From a bacterium (GTDB lineage: Bacteria; Bdellovibrionota_B; Oligoflexia; Silvanigrellales; Silvanigrellaceae): DNA of 64,000 nucleotides. Position 1 is the first letter of the stretch. Each line of letters begins with the position of its first letter. The notes beneath the pieces are model-generated. The model was not told where the DNA came from. It saw nothing but the letters and a program-made list of their open reading frames with translations, and made no database searches. Made by a program: the position numbers and the translations under genes. Below are positions 18,230 through 28,840 of the stretch, one piece after another. The stretch spans positions 7,020-71,019 of the forward strand of contig RGDM01000003.1 in assembly GCA_009918675.1 (NCBI GenBank), in the 5' to 3' direction.

Positions 18230-19063
18230 ATGAATTTTCTCGATTCCGTGTTGCTTTCTGTTGTTGAAGGTGTAACCGAGTTTCTTCCCATCAGTTCAAC
18301 CGGTCATATGATTTTGGTACAGCGTCTGTTGGGGGTCGAGGAAACCGATGCTGTTAAGGCATTTCTGGTTATTGTTCAATCGGGTGCCATTCTCGCGGTT
18401 GTCACGGTATTTTGGCCTACGCTGTTGCGTTGGTTGAGGGCTTGGATCGCATTGTTTTTAAGCCGAGGCCATGACTCGAACGCTTCCGCGATTGGAGAGC
18501 GCTCGCAGTCGTTGTTTTTTGCTGCGTCGGTTATTCCTTTTGCGGTTATCGGATTTTTCAACCGAGAATTCATTAAGTCACTCTTTCAGGTCAGAGTTGT
18601 TGCCTATGCTCTGCTCGTTGGTGGTGCGATCATTCTTTTGGATGAATGGGTTTTGTCGCGGCGGCGAGAAAGCAAAGAACGCAGCATTGAAGGCTTTTCT
18701 TTTATAGACGCTGTTGCGGTGGGTTTTGGACAGTGTTGTGCACTTTGGCCTGGTTTTAGCCGCTCTGCTGCGACGATTATCGCAGGTCGCTGGCGAGGCT
18801 TTTCAAGGACGGCTGCAGCCGAGGTGAGTTTCTTGGTGGGTCTGCCTACGCTTTGTGGAACAGCTCTTTATGAAATGAAGAGCTCTTGGCATCTCATTGA
18901 TGATGAAATGCGCCTTCAGTTGGGCTTGGGTGTGTTGATTTCTTGGGTCACTGCCTACGTCTGCGTGCGTTCATTTTTGTTGTTTATGCGTCGCTTTCCG
19001 TTGACGATATTCGCGTATTATCGAATTGCGGTCGCAATTGTTTTGCTCTATTTTGCGGCCTAA
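18230..19063 (+). CDS. uppP: Undecaprenyl-diphosphate phosphatase
   Basis: VEGVTEFLPISSTGH motif and about 8 TM segments; 277 aa. Confidence 0.9.
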   Translation: MNFLDSVLLSVVEGVTEFLPISSTGHMILVQRLLGVEETDAVKAFLVIVQSGAILAVVTVFWPTLLRWLRAWIALFLSRGHDSNASAIGERSQSLFFAASVIPFAVIGFFNREFIKSLFQVRVVAYALLVGGAIILLDEWVLSRRRESKERSIEGFSFIDAVAVGFGQCCALWPGFSRSAATIIAGRWRGFSRTAAAEVSFLVGLPTLCGTALYEMKSSWHLIDDEMRLQLGLGVLISWVTAYVCVRSFLLFMRRFPLTIFAYYRIAVAIVLLYFAA

Positions 19064-19067
19064 TTTC

Positions 19068-19481
19068 TCAAACATTTGCAAGCTGACGAGTTGAATTTGC
19101 ACTGGCTGTGCTCAAAAGCTTAAGCGTTGACGAGTCGCGCTGGATATTCATCTGCCCCAAAATTTGTGCGCCTTCGTGGCTTATCATTGCTGGGGAGGTG
19201 ACCGAACCTTCTATTCTTCCTGTTGCAAGAATTTCTGTGCAATGTTTGGTCAAGATATCGCCGAGAACGCGTCCACCGACGATTGCAATTCCGACCCGAA
19301 TCGTGCCCTCGACAACTGCTGTTTCACCAATAATGAGCGTGTCCTCGGAATCTATATCGCCGCGAAACAAGCCATTAAGACGAACGACCCCTGTGAAATT
19401 AAGCTTGCCATCGAATTCGCATCCTTCTTCGAGAAAGGCTCGTATTTCACGGTCATTGTATGAGGGCTCTGTTTTTTTCAT
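19068..19481 (-). CDS. Bactofilin (CcmA/BacA family polymer-forming cytoskeletal protein)
   Basis: DUF583-like beta-helix repeats: GKLNFTGVVRLNGLFRGDIDSEDTLIIGETAVVEGTIRVGIAIVGGRVLGDI. 137 aa, 50 nt downstream of parB on the same strand. Confidence 0.8.
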   Translation of the reverse strand: MKKTEPSYNDREIRAFLEEGCEFDGKLNFTGVVRLNGLFRGDIDSEDTLIIGETAVVEGTIRVGIAIVGGRVLGDILTKHCTEILATGRIEGSVTSPAMISHEGAQILGQMNIQRDSSTLKLLSTASANSTRQLANV

Positions 19482-19531
19482 GGACCTGTCCCGACTCCTG
19501 ATGGCTTGTTTGAGAGCGACGGGGCATTGGC

Positions 19532-20626
19532 TTATCCCATCGGGCGCCTCGCATTTAAGCCTGGTGCCAGCATGAGTTCCGCAATGCGTTCGAGGTCCTC
19601 AAACGTGTAGTAGGAGATCTCAATTTTCCCGCGGTCAGCTGTTCCCGTGATTCGAACTTTTGTTCCCAAATGGCCCTTGAACTGGTCGCAGAGGTGACGC
19701 AGGTCGGGGGAGAGTTGGGGTTGAGCCGTTGTATCAGCCGAATCGCGATCTTTTTTGAGCTCTTTCACTATGTCTTCAGTTTGCCGGACAGAGAGTTTCT
19801 TTGAAACAATCATGTCGCGAACTTTGAGCTGCAATTTTTTCTCATCGAGTGAACACAATGCGCGCGCGTGTCCCGCTGTGAGGACTTTCGCCTGAAGATC
19901 AGTAAGAAGCTCAGCTGGGAGACCCAAGAGTCTTAGACTATTCGCAATGGTTGCGCGGTCTTTACCGACTTTCGCAGCGAGGGTGTCTTGAGTGTAAGAG
20001 TGCTCGTCCAGAAGTCTAGAAAAGGCGCGAGCTTCATCAAGAGGACTGAGCTCTTCTCGTTGAATATTTTCAATCAGTGCGAGTTCCAATGAGCTATGCT
20101 CACTTGGTTTTCTCAGAACGCACGGGACTTTTTCAAGCCCAGCAATTTGCGCTGCTCTCCAGCGGCGTTCACCGGCGATGATCGTGAAACGCCCTTCTTG
20201 CTCCGCTGGGGCCACTACGAGTGGTTGCAGAATTCCATAACTTTTGATGCTGGTTGCGAGTTCATCGAGGGTCGTGCTGAAAAACTCGGTTCGTGGCTGG
20301 TCGGTGAGGGGCTTCAGGTTTTGCACGCTTAGCTCAAGCACAGATTGTTGACTCGCAGCACTGTGGCTAACCAAATCTTGGGTTTTTAGGGTGTTCAGTG
20401 TTTGTTTCGGTACATGTGCTTGTGTTGTTGTTGGTAGAGGAGTCGTTGCTCCAATAATCTTTTGCGGTTTGGCTGCGACAGAGCGATTCTCTGAGTCTGC
20501 CTCTGATGCCAAATTATGATCAGTGATTGTCAGGTCTGATTTGACGCGAGTTGGCGGTGCTTTGAGTAGATCGGGATTAAGGAGTGCTCCCAGGCCTCGG
20601 CCGAGTCCCTGCGGTTTCTTTTGCAT
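19532..20626 (-). CDS. parB: Chromosome partitioning protein ParB
   Basis: ParB box IAGERRWRAAQIAGL and an HTH region. Follows parA after a 15-nt gap. Carries a long low-complexity N-terminal region. Confidence 0.92.
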   Translation of the reverse strand: MQKKPQGLGRGLGALLNPDLLKAPPTRVKSDLTITDHNLASEADSENRSVAAKPQKIIGATTPLPTTTQAHVPKQTLNTLKTQDLVSHSAASQQSVLELSVQNLKPLTDQPRTEFFSTTLDELATSIKSYGILQPLVVAPAEQEGRFTIIAGERRWRAAQIAGLEKVPCVLRKPSEHSSLELALIENIQREELSPLDEARAFSRLLDEHSYTQDTLAAKVGKDRATIANSLRLLGLPAELLTDLQAKVLTAGHARALCSLDEKKLQLKVRDMIVSKKLSVRQTEDIVKELKKDRDSADTTAQPQLSPDLRHLCDQFKGHLGTKVRITGTADRGKIEISYYTFEDLERIAELMLAPGLNARRPMG

Positions 20627-20641
20627 ACATGACCTCCCTGG

Positions 20642-21475
20642 TTATGGATGTGCTTCATTCGCTGTTTGTTTGATATTTCTGTGGGTTGAACGGTTGCCGG
20701 CTTTCAATTGGGTTCGCGCCAAGAGCTCTTGTGCTGCTTCCATGTAAGCAAGGGCTCCGGGGCTAGAGATATCGTACAAAATAATCGGCTTGCCGTGCGA
20801 CGGTGCCTCTCCCAGCTTTACATTGCGGGGGATACGCGTGCTGAGGACAGCCTCTTTGAAATGCTCGCGAACATCGGTTTCAACCTGGTGCGAGAGATTG
20901 TTGCGTCGATCGAACATCGTCAGCAGGATGCCTTCGATTTCGAGGCTTGGGTTGAGGAATTTCTTGACCAGATCAACGGTCTTCATCAGTTGAGACAGAC
21001 CTTCGAGGGCGAAATATTCACACTGAAGGGGTACCAAAACCCCATGCGCAGCGACAAGTGCATTCACAGTTAAAAGGCCCAATGCGGGCGGGCAGTCGAT
21101 TAAGATGTAATCGTAATTTGATTTAAGGATAGCCAGTGCGTCCTTGAGTCGGTGTTCCCGACCGAGTGCTGAGACAAGCTCGATCTCGGCGCCAATCAGC
21201 TCCTGATTAGCCGGGATTAGGTCGAGATAGCTGAGTTCAGTCTTGACTACGCACTCAGCGGGAGTCGCCTCTTGAATCAACATTTCGTAGCTGCTCGGCT
21301 TGATATCCCGAGCTTCAATTCCCAAGGCGCTTGATGCATTTCCTTGTGGGTCGAAATCGACCAACAAAACCCGGTATTCAGCCGCTGCTAGCGATGCGGC
21401 AATGTTCACTGCTGAGGTGGTCTTTCCTACGCCGCCTTTTTGATTCGAAAGTGCAATAATTCGTGCATCTGCCAT
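20642..21475 (-). CDS. parA: Chromosome partitioning ATPase ParA/Soj
   Basis: Deviant Walker A SNQKGGVGKTT. True start is ATG 21475 (MADARIIALSNQ...). Confidence 0.93.
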   Translation of the reverse strand: MADARIIALSNQKGGVGKTTSAVNIAASLAAAEYRVLLVDFDPQGNASSALGIEARDIKPSSYEMLIQEATPAECVVKTELSYLDLIPANQELIGAEIELVSALGREHRLKDALAILKSNYDYILIDCPPALGLLTVNALVAAHGVLVPLQCEYFALEGLSQLMKTVDLVKKFLNPSLEIEGILLTMFDRRNNLSHQVETDVREHFKEAVLSTRIPRNVKLGEAPSHGKPIILYDISSPGALAYMEAAQELLARTQLKAGNRSTHRNIKQTANEAHP

Positions 21476-21643
21476 GTGGATGCCTCCGTGTCGCCCGACT
21501 TGGCATTCGGCAAAAAACATTTGAGAAAAATGAAATTCAATCGTCTTCGTTCTTCTTACATCGGACGAGTGACATGCCGCAAGGGGAGCGGGGGCTTAAA
21601 GTCGTTATCGTGTTGATTTCACGTTCAGACAAAACGTTGACAT

Positions 21644-21659
21644 TGTTCCACGTGAAACG
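21644..21659. promoter_or_regulatory. parS site 1 (TGTTCCACGTGAAACG)
   Basis: 14/16 match to the canonical parS TGTTTCACGTGAAACA. Lies 169 nt upstream of the parA start. Confidence 0.8.
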
Positions 21660-21694
21660 CTTTTTTTTGAAGCAGATCATCAGCAGAGAATCAT

Positions 21695-21710
21695 TGTTCC
21701 ACGTGGAACG
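21695..21710. promoter_or_regulatory. parS site 2 (TGTTCCACGTGGAACG)
   Basis: The core GTTCCACGTGGAAC is a perfect 14-bp palindrome of parS type. Same flank (CATTGTTCCACGTGRAACGC) as site 1, 51 bp away. Confidence 0.8.
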
Positions 21711-21738
21711 CTCCCCGGGTCTCTCGAGCGAATTTTAA

Positions 21739-22650
21739 ATGTCCATCGCGAAGAGAAAGCAAATTCCAGTACTCCGCTCGTCTGCAGAGGAGACACACAT
21801 GCGTAACCAGATTTCATCGTTTCTTGGCCAAGTTCTTGCCCGACGCTTCGAGATAGAGGGGCAGCGTTGGTTTCATGCCCTGTCACATGCTTTCGATATT
21901 GTCGTCGTTTGCCACACGCCAGAGGTGTTGGCTGCAGTGCTGACATTCGTCACGAAACAGGCCCAAGCGTCAATTTCAGAACGCAACTATGACCTGAGCA
22001 TAGTGAGTCACTCGAGTGGACATCAAAGCGACGCGTGCCTGCCATGCCTTGCAGAGAATCGGCGCAGCGGAAAGTCCCGCAGCCTGCAATTGACTCTGAC
22101 TCGGACTGAAAATGACCTCGGGTCGATTGTCTTTGAACTGCCGACAATTGAGGCGCTACTTCCATCGCCAGCAAGCATGGTGACCCTTCTCTTGGAGGGA
22201 GCCGGACTCGGCCGATTCATCGATGCCTTTGATGGACGAAAAATGGCCCAGCTGAGAAAAATCCTCGAGCTTAACGGAGTTGAACAGTTCTTTGATGCGG
22301 TCATCCAGGTCGCGTATCTGGCGGGCTTCAAGGGCGACGACGCCGAGGCACATCGGCTTCTCGAGCGGGTGATTATTGAAGAGAGGCGAACAAACGAGGA
22401 TGATTCCTCAGTAATTTCAGGCGACTGTACCTTAAATCATACGCTTGTCCGACTCTTCGAGACACTGATTAACTTTCCCGACCCCCATGACGTGATGAAG
22501 GCGACTTTGGCGCATTACGTTTTCCATAGAAGGAATGTCAGTCAGGCTGAGGCGAGTCGGATCCTCAAAGTCTCACGTTCGACCCTGCAAGCACACCTGC
22601 AAATGGCCGAACGTCTCAATGTTGCAGGCATATTCAAACTCAATTCGTAG
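21739..22650 (+). CDS. Hypothetical protein with a C-terminal Fis-type HTH
   Basis: C-terminus RRNVSQAEASRILKVSRSTLQAHLQ resembles the HTH_8/Fis motif of NtrC-type activators. The N-terminal ~220 aa has no intact P-loop; TLLLEGAGLGRFIDAF is only reminiscent of a Walker A. Alternative start is ATG 21799. Confidence 0.55.
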   Translation: MSIAKRKQIPVLRSSAEETHMRNQISSFLGQVLARRFEIEGQRWFHALSHAFDIVVVCHTPEVLAAVLTFVTKQAQASISERNYDLSIVSHSSGHQSDACLPCLAENRRSGKSRSLQLTLTRTENDLGSIVFELPTIEALLPSPASMVTLLLEGAGLGRFIDAFDGRKMAQLRKILELNGVEQFFDAVIQVAYLAGFKGDDAEAHRLLERVIIEERRTNEDDSSVISGDCTLNHTLVRLFETLINFPDPHDVMKATLAHYVFHRRNVSQAEASRILKVSRSTLQAHLQMAERLNVAGIFKLNS

Positions 22651-22829
22651 CAAATATAGCTCGCTTGGCAGAGCAGCGAATCATTCGGCAAAAACCAGAA
22701 AAAATAGTTATGGGTCGGGCACCTTGGCACCCTTGCGCCGACCAAAACTTAACAGTAAGTAAGGCACGCATTAGGCCCGCAGGGTGCCCCACTTACAATG
22801 GTTTGATTCCATTTGCATAGGGAAATCAC

Positions 22830-23828
22830 ATGTCGGAATTGAAGTTAAAACCTGAGTTGCTTCCGATGGTTATACAGGGAGGTTTCTACCTTGCTGCCCT
22901 CGCGAGCTCGCACTTTCTACTCGTTAAACCCCTGGTCGCGCTGACGCTTGAGCGCAAGCGACGAACGCAAGGAGCTGTTGAGTCTGCAAAAGGGCTCGAA
23001 GCAAAACTGGAAAAGCTTGAGAAAACATATACATCTGCCCATCAAGCAGCTCTTTCCGAAGCGCGTGAGTTGCGCAACGCACAGATTCTTGCAGGGCAGG
23101 CCGAGGCTCAAGGTATTCTCGCCGAGGCTCAAGAATCCGCTAAGAACAAGTTGCACACTGTGCGATTGTCTCTCGCAGAGCAGGTTTCGACAGAGCGTAC
23201 GAAAATTCCAGCGATGGTTGCCGAATTATCTGATTCTGTTCTTAAAAAACTGGTCCAAAGCTGTTTTATCGTTTCTGTTTTCGCGAGTTCTTTTTTATCG
23301 CTTCAAGCAAGCGCTTCGCAAGGAATGGTGGATCCCGTTTACGGAATTCTCTGGCCTTATTTTCAATTCATTGTTTTTGCAGCAGCCCTGACATATCTCG
23401 CGCGTAAAGCAATTGGGCAGATGCTTGAAGGACGTCGTGATGCACTTCGGACTCAACTTTCTGAAGCGCGCGAAGCGATGACTTTGGCGCAGCGAAAGTC
23501 CGATGAATATGAGTCGAAACTGAAAAATCTTCAGAATGAAATCGAAGCTCTTCGTAAAGAATTTGCAGATGATGGTGTTGCCCAACGCGACAAACTCATC
23601 ACCGAGGCATCAGCGACGGCCGCGCAGATCATTCGTGATACAGAGCGTATTGGTCAACAAATGATCAGCGAAGGGCGTGCCGAATTGCGTCGCGAAATCT
23701 TCGAGCAAGTTCTTGCTGTCATCGATGGTAAATTGCACGGAGATACCCTTACAAATATCGATAAAACATTACGCCAAAATGCTATTGCGGCTGCCAAGGC
23801 ATCTGCACAGACGTCGCACACGAACTGA
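22830..23828 (+). CDS. atpF: F-type ATP synthase peripheral-stalk subunit: two b-type modules (b'-like + b-like) in one 332-aa ORF
   Basis: Module 1 (aa 1-143) is a TM segment plus a coiled coil (ERKRRTQGAVESAKGLEAKLEKLEK...). Module 2 (aa ~144-332) has a hydrophobic segment, TM ILWPYFQFIVFAAALTYLA and a coiled coil (GRRDALRTQLSEAREAM...). Sits directly upstream of atpH. Confidence 0.8.
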   Translation: MSELKLKPELLPMVIQGGFYLAALASSHFLLVKPLVALTLERKRRTQGAVESAKGLEAKLEKLEKTYTSAHQAALSEARELRNAQILAGQAEAQGILAEAQESAKNKLHTVRLSLAEQVSTERTKIPAMVAELSDSVLKKLVQSCFIVSVFASSFLSLQASASQGMVDPVYGILWPYFQFIVFAAALTYLARKAIGQMLEGRRDALRTQLSEAREAMTLAQRKSDEYESKLKNLQNEIEALRKEFADDGVAQRDKLITEASATAAQIIRDTERIGQQMISEGRAELRREIFEQVLAVIDGKLHGDTLTNIDKTLRQNAIAAAKASAQTSHTN

Positions 23829-23849
23829 TGTACGTGGTGAGGAGTTCCA

Positions 23850-24395
23850 ATGAAGGTTAGTACAGGACAATTGGCTCGCAGATATGCGACGGCGCTTTTT
23901 GAAAGTGCTCTCGAAAGCAAAGAAATCGACACACTTGCAAAAGAAGCTGAATCACTTCTGGCTGTAATATCACCTGAGCTTGAGAAGTTTTTTGCGAGCC
24001 CCGCGCGATCACTCGCTGAAAAAGATCAAATGGCTCAACTCTTGATCGAAAAGCTCAAGCTCTCGCAACAAACCGCACGGGCACTCAAGTTGATGAGCGA
24101 AAATAACCGTCTCGTTTTTTTGAAGCCGGTCTTGAAAAGAGTTCTTGCACGAATTGATTCGTTCAAAAATGTCGTTCGTGCACAAGTCAAAACCGCAACC
24201 CAATTGGCAGGTGCTGAAATTGCTGAACTTGAAAAGGTTCTGGTGAAAGCGACCGGCCAATCGGTTGTGCTTGAATGCGAAACTGAACCGGAACTGCGTG
24301 CCGGAATGGTTGTGAAAATTGGCACTCGCCAAATTGATGCGAGCCTCAAAACACGTTTAGCAAACCTCAAAGATACCTTGAGTCAGGGAGTTTAA
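23850..24395 (+). CDS. atpH: ATP synthase subunit delta (OSCP)
   Basis: 181 aa with LARRYATALFESA N-terminus, placed between b and alpha. Confidence 0.85.
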   Translation: MKVSTGQLARRYATALFESALESKEIDTLAKEAESLLAVISPELEKFFASPARSLAEKDQMAQLLIEKLKLSQQTARALKLMSENNRLVFLKPVLKRVLARIDSFKNVVRAQVKTATQLAGAEIAELEKVLVKATGQSVVLECETEPELRAGMVVKIGTRQIDASLKTRLANLKDTLSQGV

Positions 24396-24398
24396 CAC

Positions 24399-25919
24399 AT
24401 GGAACAAATCCGGATTGACGAGATCAGCCAGCTGCTCAAACAAAAAATCCAGGCACTTGGCCAAACCGCTGAGGTTGCAGAAACTGGCACAGTTGTTTCT
24501 GTGGCCGACGGTATTGCCCGTGTTTATGGCCTCGACAAGGCAATGACCTCTGAGACTGTCGTTTTCGAAAATGGCACCAAGGGTTTGGTCTTGAACCTTG
24601 AAGAAGACAACGTGGGTATCGCGATTTTCGGTGAAGCCGACAAGATCCGCGAAGGTATGACGGTCAAGCGTACGTCTGAAATTAACCGTGTTCCCGTAGG
24701 TCGTGGTTTGTTGGGTCGCGTTGTGAACGCCATGGGCGAACCTTTGGACGGACTGGGCCCAATCAAGACCGACGCTACCTCGGTGGTGGAAGTTAAGGCT
24801 CCTGGCATCATGGCTCGAAAGAGCGTCCATGAACCCCTTCAAACAGGTTTGAAGTCCATCGACGCAATGATCCCCATCGGCCGTGGTCAGCGCGAGTTGA
24901 TCATTGGCGACCGCCAGACGGGTAAAACAGCTGTCGCGCTCGACACCATCATCAATCAAAAAGGCAAGGGCGTTGTTTGTATCTATGTTGCGATCGGCCA
25001 AAAGGCTTCAACGGTGGCACAGGTGGTTGAAAAGCTCCGCAAAGCTGGAGCACTTGAATACACTATTATCGTTGTTGCAGGCGCCTCGGATCCAGCTCCT
25101 CTGCAGTTCCTTGCGCCTTACTCCGGCTGCACCATGGGTGAGTACTTCCGCGACAACGGTCAGCATGCAGTTATTTTCTATGATGACCTAACCAAGCACG
25201 CACAGGCCTATCGCGAGCTTTCACTCCTGCTCCGTCGTCCACCAGGACGCGAGGCGTATCCAGGTGATGTGTTCTATCTCCACAGCCGACTTCTTGAGCG
25301 CGCTTGTAAGCTGAACGATGAACTGGGTGCGGGCAGTTTGACTGCATTCCCGATCATCGAAACTCAAGCGGGCGACGTTTCTGCCTACATTCCGACCAAC
25401 GTCATTTCGATTACCGATGGCCAGATCTACCTCGAGGCCGACCTGTTTAACTCTGGTCTTCGTCCAGCGGTGAATGCGGGTCTCTCTGTGTCTCGCGTGG
25501 GTGGTTCGGCGCAAATTGGTGCGATGAAACAAGTTGCTGGTAGTTTGCGCCTTGAGCTCGCCCAATATCGTGAGCTTGCGGCATTTGCTCAGTTCGGTTC
25601 TGATCTCGATGCGGTCACGAAGAGACAGCTCAATCGTGGTCAACGCTTGATGGAACTTTTGAAGCAGTCTCAATACAACCCAATGCCTGTTGAGAAACAA
25701 ATTCTTGTCATCTTTGCTGCAACCAGTGGCTTTATGGATGAAGTTGATGTTCGTCATGTTGGTAAGTTCGAATCGCAGATGCTCGAATATTTCGAGAGAA
25801 ATCATCGGGCTGAACTCGAAGAAATCGGTAACGGTAAGAAGATGAGCAACGATCTGCAGTCCAAGTTAAAATCTGGATTGGAGACCTTCGCCAAGAGGTT
25901 TGATCCAAATGCCGGCTAA
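24399..25919 (+). CDS. atpA: ATP synthase subunit alpha
   Basis: P-loop GDRQTGKTA; 506 aa with alpha-type sequence throughout. Confidence 0.97.
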   Translation: MEQIRIDEISQLLKQKIQALGQTAEVAETGTVVSVADGIARVYGLDKAMTSETVVFENGTKGLVLNLEEDNVGIAIFGEADKIREGMTVKRTSEINRVPVGRGLLGRVVNAMGEPLDGLGPIKTDATSVVEVKAPGIMARKSVHEPLQTGLKSIDAMIPIGRGQRELIIGDRQTGKTAVALDTIINQKGKGVVCIYVAIGQKASTVAQVVEKLRKAGALEYTIIVVAGASDPAPLQFLAPYSGCTMGEYFRDNGQHAVIFYDDLTKHAQAYRELSLLLRRPPGREAYPGDVFYLHSRLLERACKLNDELGAGSLTAFPIIETQAGDVSAYIPTNVISITDGQIYLEADLFNSGLRPAVNAGLSVSRVGGSAQIGAMKQVAGSLRLELAQYRELAAFAQFGSDLDAVTKRQLNRGQRLMELLKQSQYNPMPVEKQILVIFAATSGFMDEVDVRHVGKFESQMLEYFERNHRAELEEIGNGKKMSNDLQSKLKSGLETFAKRFDPNAG

Positions 25920-26853
25920 CCTCAAGGATCTACGAACACGAATTAAAAGCGTAAAAAATACGCAGCAGATCACAAAGGCAATGAAGCTTGTCTCTGCTGC
26001 AAAGTTTGGACGCGCGCAAAATAATGTTCTTCAAGCTCGCCCTTATGCGCGTGCACTTGAAAAACTTGTCTTGAAATTAGTGAGCGGTGGTCGGGAAGCT
26101 GAGGCACATAAATTGTTGCAAAGCAGCGACTCCGACCGCGTTCTTCTGTTGGTTATTTCGTCGGAACGTGGCTTGTGCGGTGGCTATAACTCGAACACGA
26201 TTAAGGCTGCCATTCGTGCCGTTGATGAACTCGTGACCGCTGGTAAAAAGCCAGTCGTTATGTGTATCGGTAAAAAGGCGTTTCAGGTTTTGTCGCGCCG
26301 GCCACTGGCGGGCGGCGTTAAGGGCCAGAAATTAGTCACTCTGCCTCAACTGAGCCAGGACCCTGCTGGCCTGCTTGCAGAAAACGAAAAAGGCGTTCTC
26401 CATTTGGGTGTTCAGTTCGATAAACCGAACTTTGAGTTTGCCCAAACCGTATCAACTGCAATTGAATCGGCTTTTGCCGCTGGTGCAGTGGGTGAAGTCC
26501 ACATCGTGTACAACCAATTCCAATCAGCAATGACCCAGATTCCAGTTTGTGAACAACTTTTGCCGCTGAAGTCTTCGGTCACGTCCGCGACGGCGGGTGG
26601 AGAAAGTGTTCTTGAGCCATCTTGGAGTGATTTGGCGAATTCGGTTTTGCCAAGGTATCTGACGACACGTTTTTATCAGGTCACACTTGAAGCAATTGCA
26701 AGTGAACATGGCGCACGCATGACCGCGATGGATAATGCGACACGCAACGCCAAGGACATGGAGCGTCGGCTTCAGATCAACTATCAGCGTGCTCGTCAGG
26801 CAGCAATTACACGTGAACTTATTGAGATTATCAGCGGCGCAGAGGCTCTTTGA
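25909..26853 (+). CDS. atpG: ATP synthase subunit gamma
   Basis: [32 protein letters not shown] start and [15 protein letters not shown] end. ATG 25909 overlaps the atpA stop. Confidence 0.95.
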   Translation: MPANLKDLRTRIKSVKNTQQITKAMKLVSAAKFGRAQNNVLQARPYARALEKLVLKLVSGGREAEAHKLLQSSDSDRVLLLVISSERGLCGGYNSNTIKAAIRAVDELVTAGKKPVVMCIGKKAFQVLSRRPLAGGVKGQKLVTLPQLSQDPAGLLAENEKGVLHLGVQFDKPNFEFAQTVSTAIESAFAAGAVGEVHIVYNQFQSAMTQIPVCEQLLPLKSSVTSATAGGESVLEPSWSDLANSVLPRYLTTRFYQVTLEAIASEHGARMTAMDNATRNAKDMERRLQINYQRARQAAITRELIEIISGAEAL

Positions 26854-26868
26854 GAGCAGCCGAAATAG

Positions 26869-28293
<1,425 letters not shown>

Positions 28294-28318
28294 GAATGCC
28301 CACTGAGAGGACACGCAT

Positions 28319-28759
28319 ATGCAAACGACAAACCAACAACCTCTGCATTTGACAGTCCTGACTCCCACCCGTCGTCTTCTTGAAGGCGTGGGATGCGGTG
28401 CTGTCTACTTTCCAAGCTCGCAGGGTGTTTTGGGAATTCTCCCGGAACATACCGACCTGGTGTGTGCGCTTGGTACGGGAATTGTTTATTATAACTCGGG
28501 AAATGTAACGTCGTTTTTGACAATTTCAGGCGGCGTTGCACAAGTGAACGGCAGTTCAGTGACCCTGTTGGCAGATATCGCTGAAGATGCGGCGAGTATT
28601 GACGTTGGTCGAGCTCAGCGAGCATTGGAGCGTGCGCGCGAAATGCTGACTGGTAAGAGTGATCCTCAGACACCAGCCGAGGTTCATGAGGCTGTCAGCG
28701 CTGAGGCGCGTGCATTGGCTCGAATCGAAGCAGCAACACTTCATTCCACAGGCCGCTGA
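28319..28759 (+). CDS. atpC: ATP synthase subunit epsilon
   Basis: 146 aa, follows atpD, with a beta-sandwich plus helical hairpin pattern (LHLTVLTPTRRLLEG...). Confidence 0.88.
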   Translation: MQTTNQQPLHLTVLTPTRRLLEGVGCGAVYFPSSQGVLGILPEHTDLVCALGTGIVYYNSGNVTSFLTISGGVAQVNGSSVTLLADIAEDAASIDVGRAQRALERAREMLTGKSDPQTPAEVHEAVSAEARALARIEAATLHSTGR

Positions 28760-28801
28760 CACCTCGTTTGAGGCTATTTTTGCGCTTGATGTGATAGACT
28801 C

Positions 28802-28831
28802 GGGGGGACTCAAAGTTCCCCCTTTTTTTTT
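28802..28831 (+). terminator. Rho-independent terminator of the atp operon
   Basis: GGGGGGA-loop-TTCCCCC hairpin followed by 9 T, abutting the RBS of the next gene. Confidence 0.75.
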
Positions 28832-28840
28832 GGAGTCCAT

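Noticed and set aside
21611-21630. Third parS-like element (TGTTGATTTCACGTTCAGAC)
   Set aside because: Only the TTTCACGT half matches and the right half does not. It is probably a decayed or fortuitous half-site.
22711-22740. TGGCAC...TTGC motif upstream of the atp operon that looks like a sigma-54 promoter
   Set aside because: The GG-to-GC offset is 9 nt, not the required 12 nt. The alternative registers also fail.
22700-22800. Possible structured leader upstream of atpF (GGTCGG...CCGACC hairpin; GGCACCC pairing with the downstream GGGTGCC)
   Set aside because: The stems are short with large loops, no known riboswitch or leader motif is recognisable, and I cannot evaluate covariation. This is too weak to call.
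24357-25805. Long antisense ORFs inside atpA (24357-25001 and 25221-25805, minus strand). Similar ones lie inside glmS, prkA, ftsZ and other genes.
   Set aside because: They lie entirely within unambiguous, highly conserved genes on the other strand and have odd composition. These are typical shadow ORFs.
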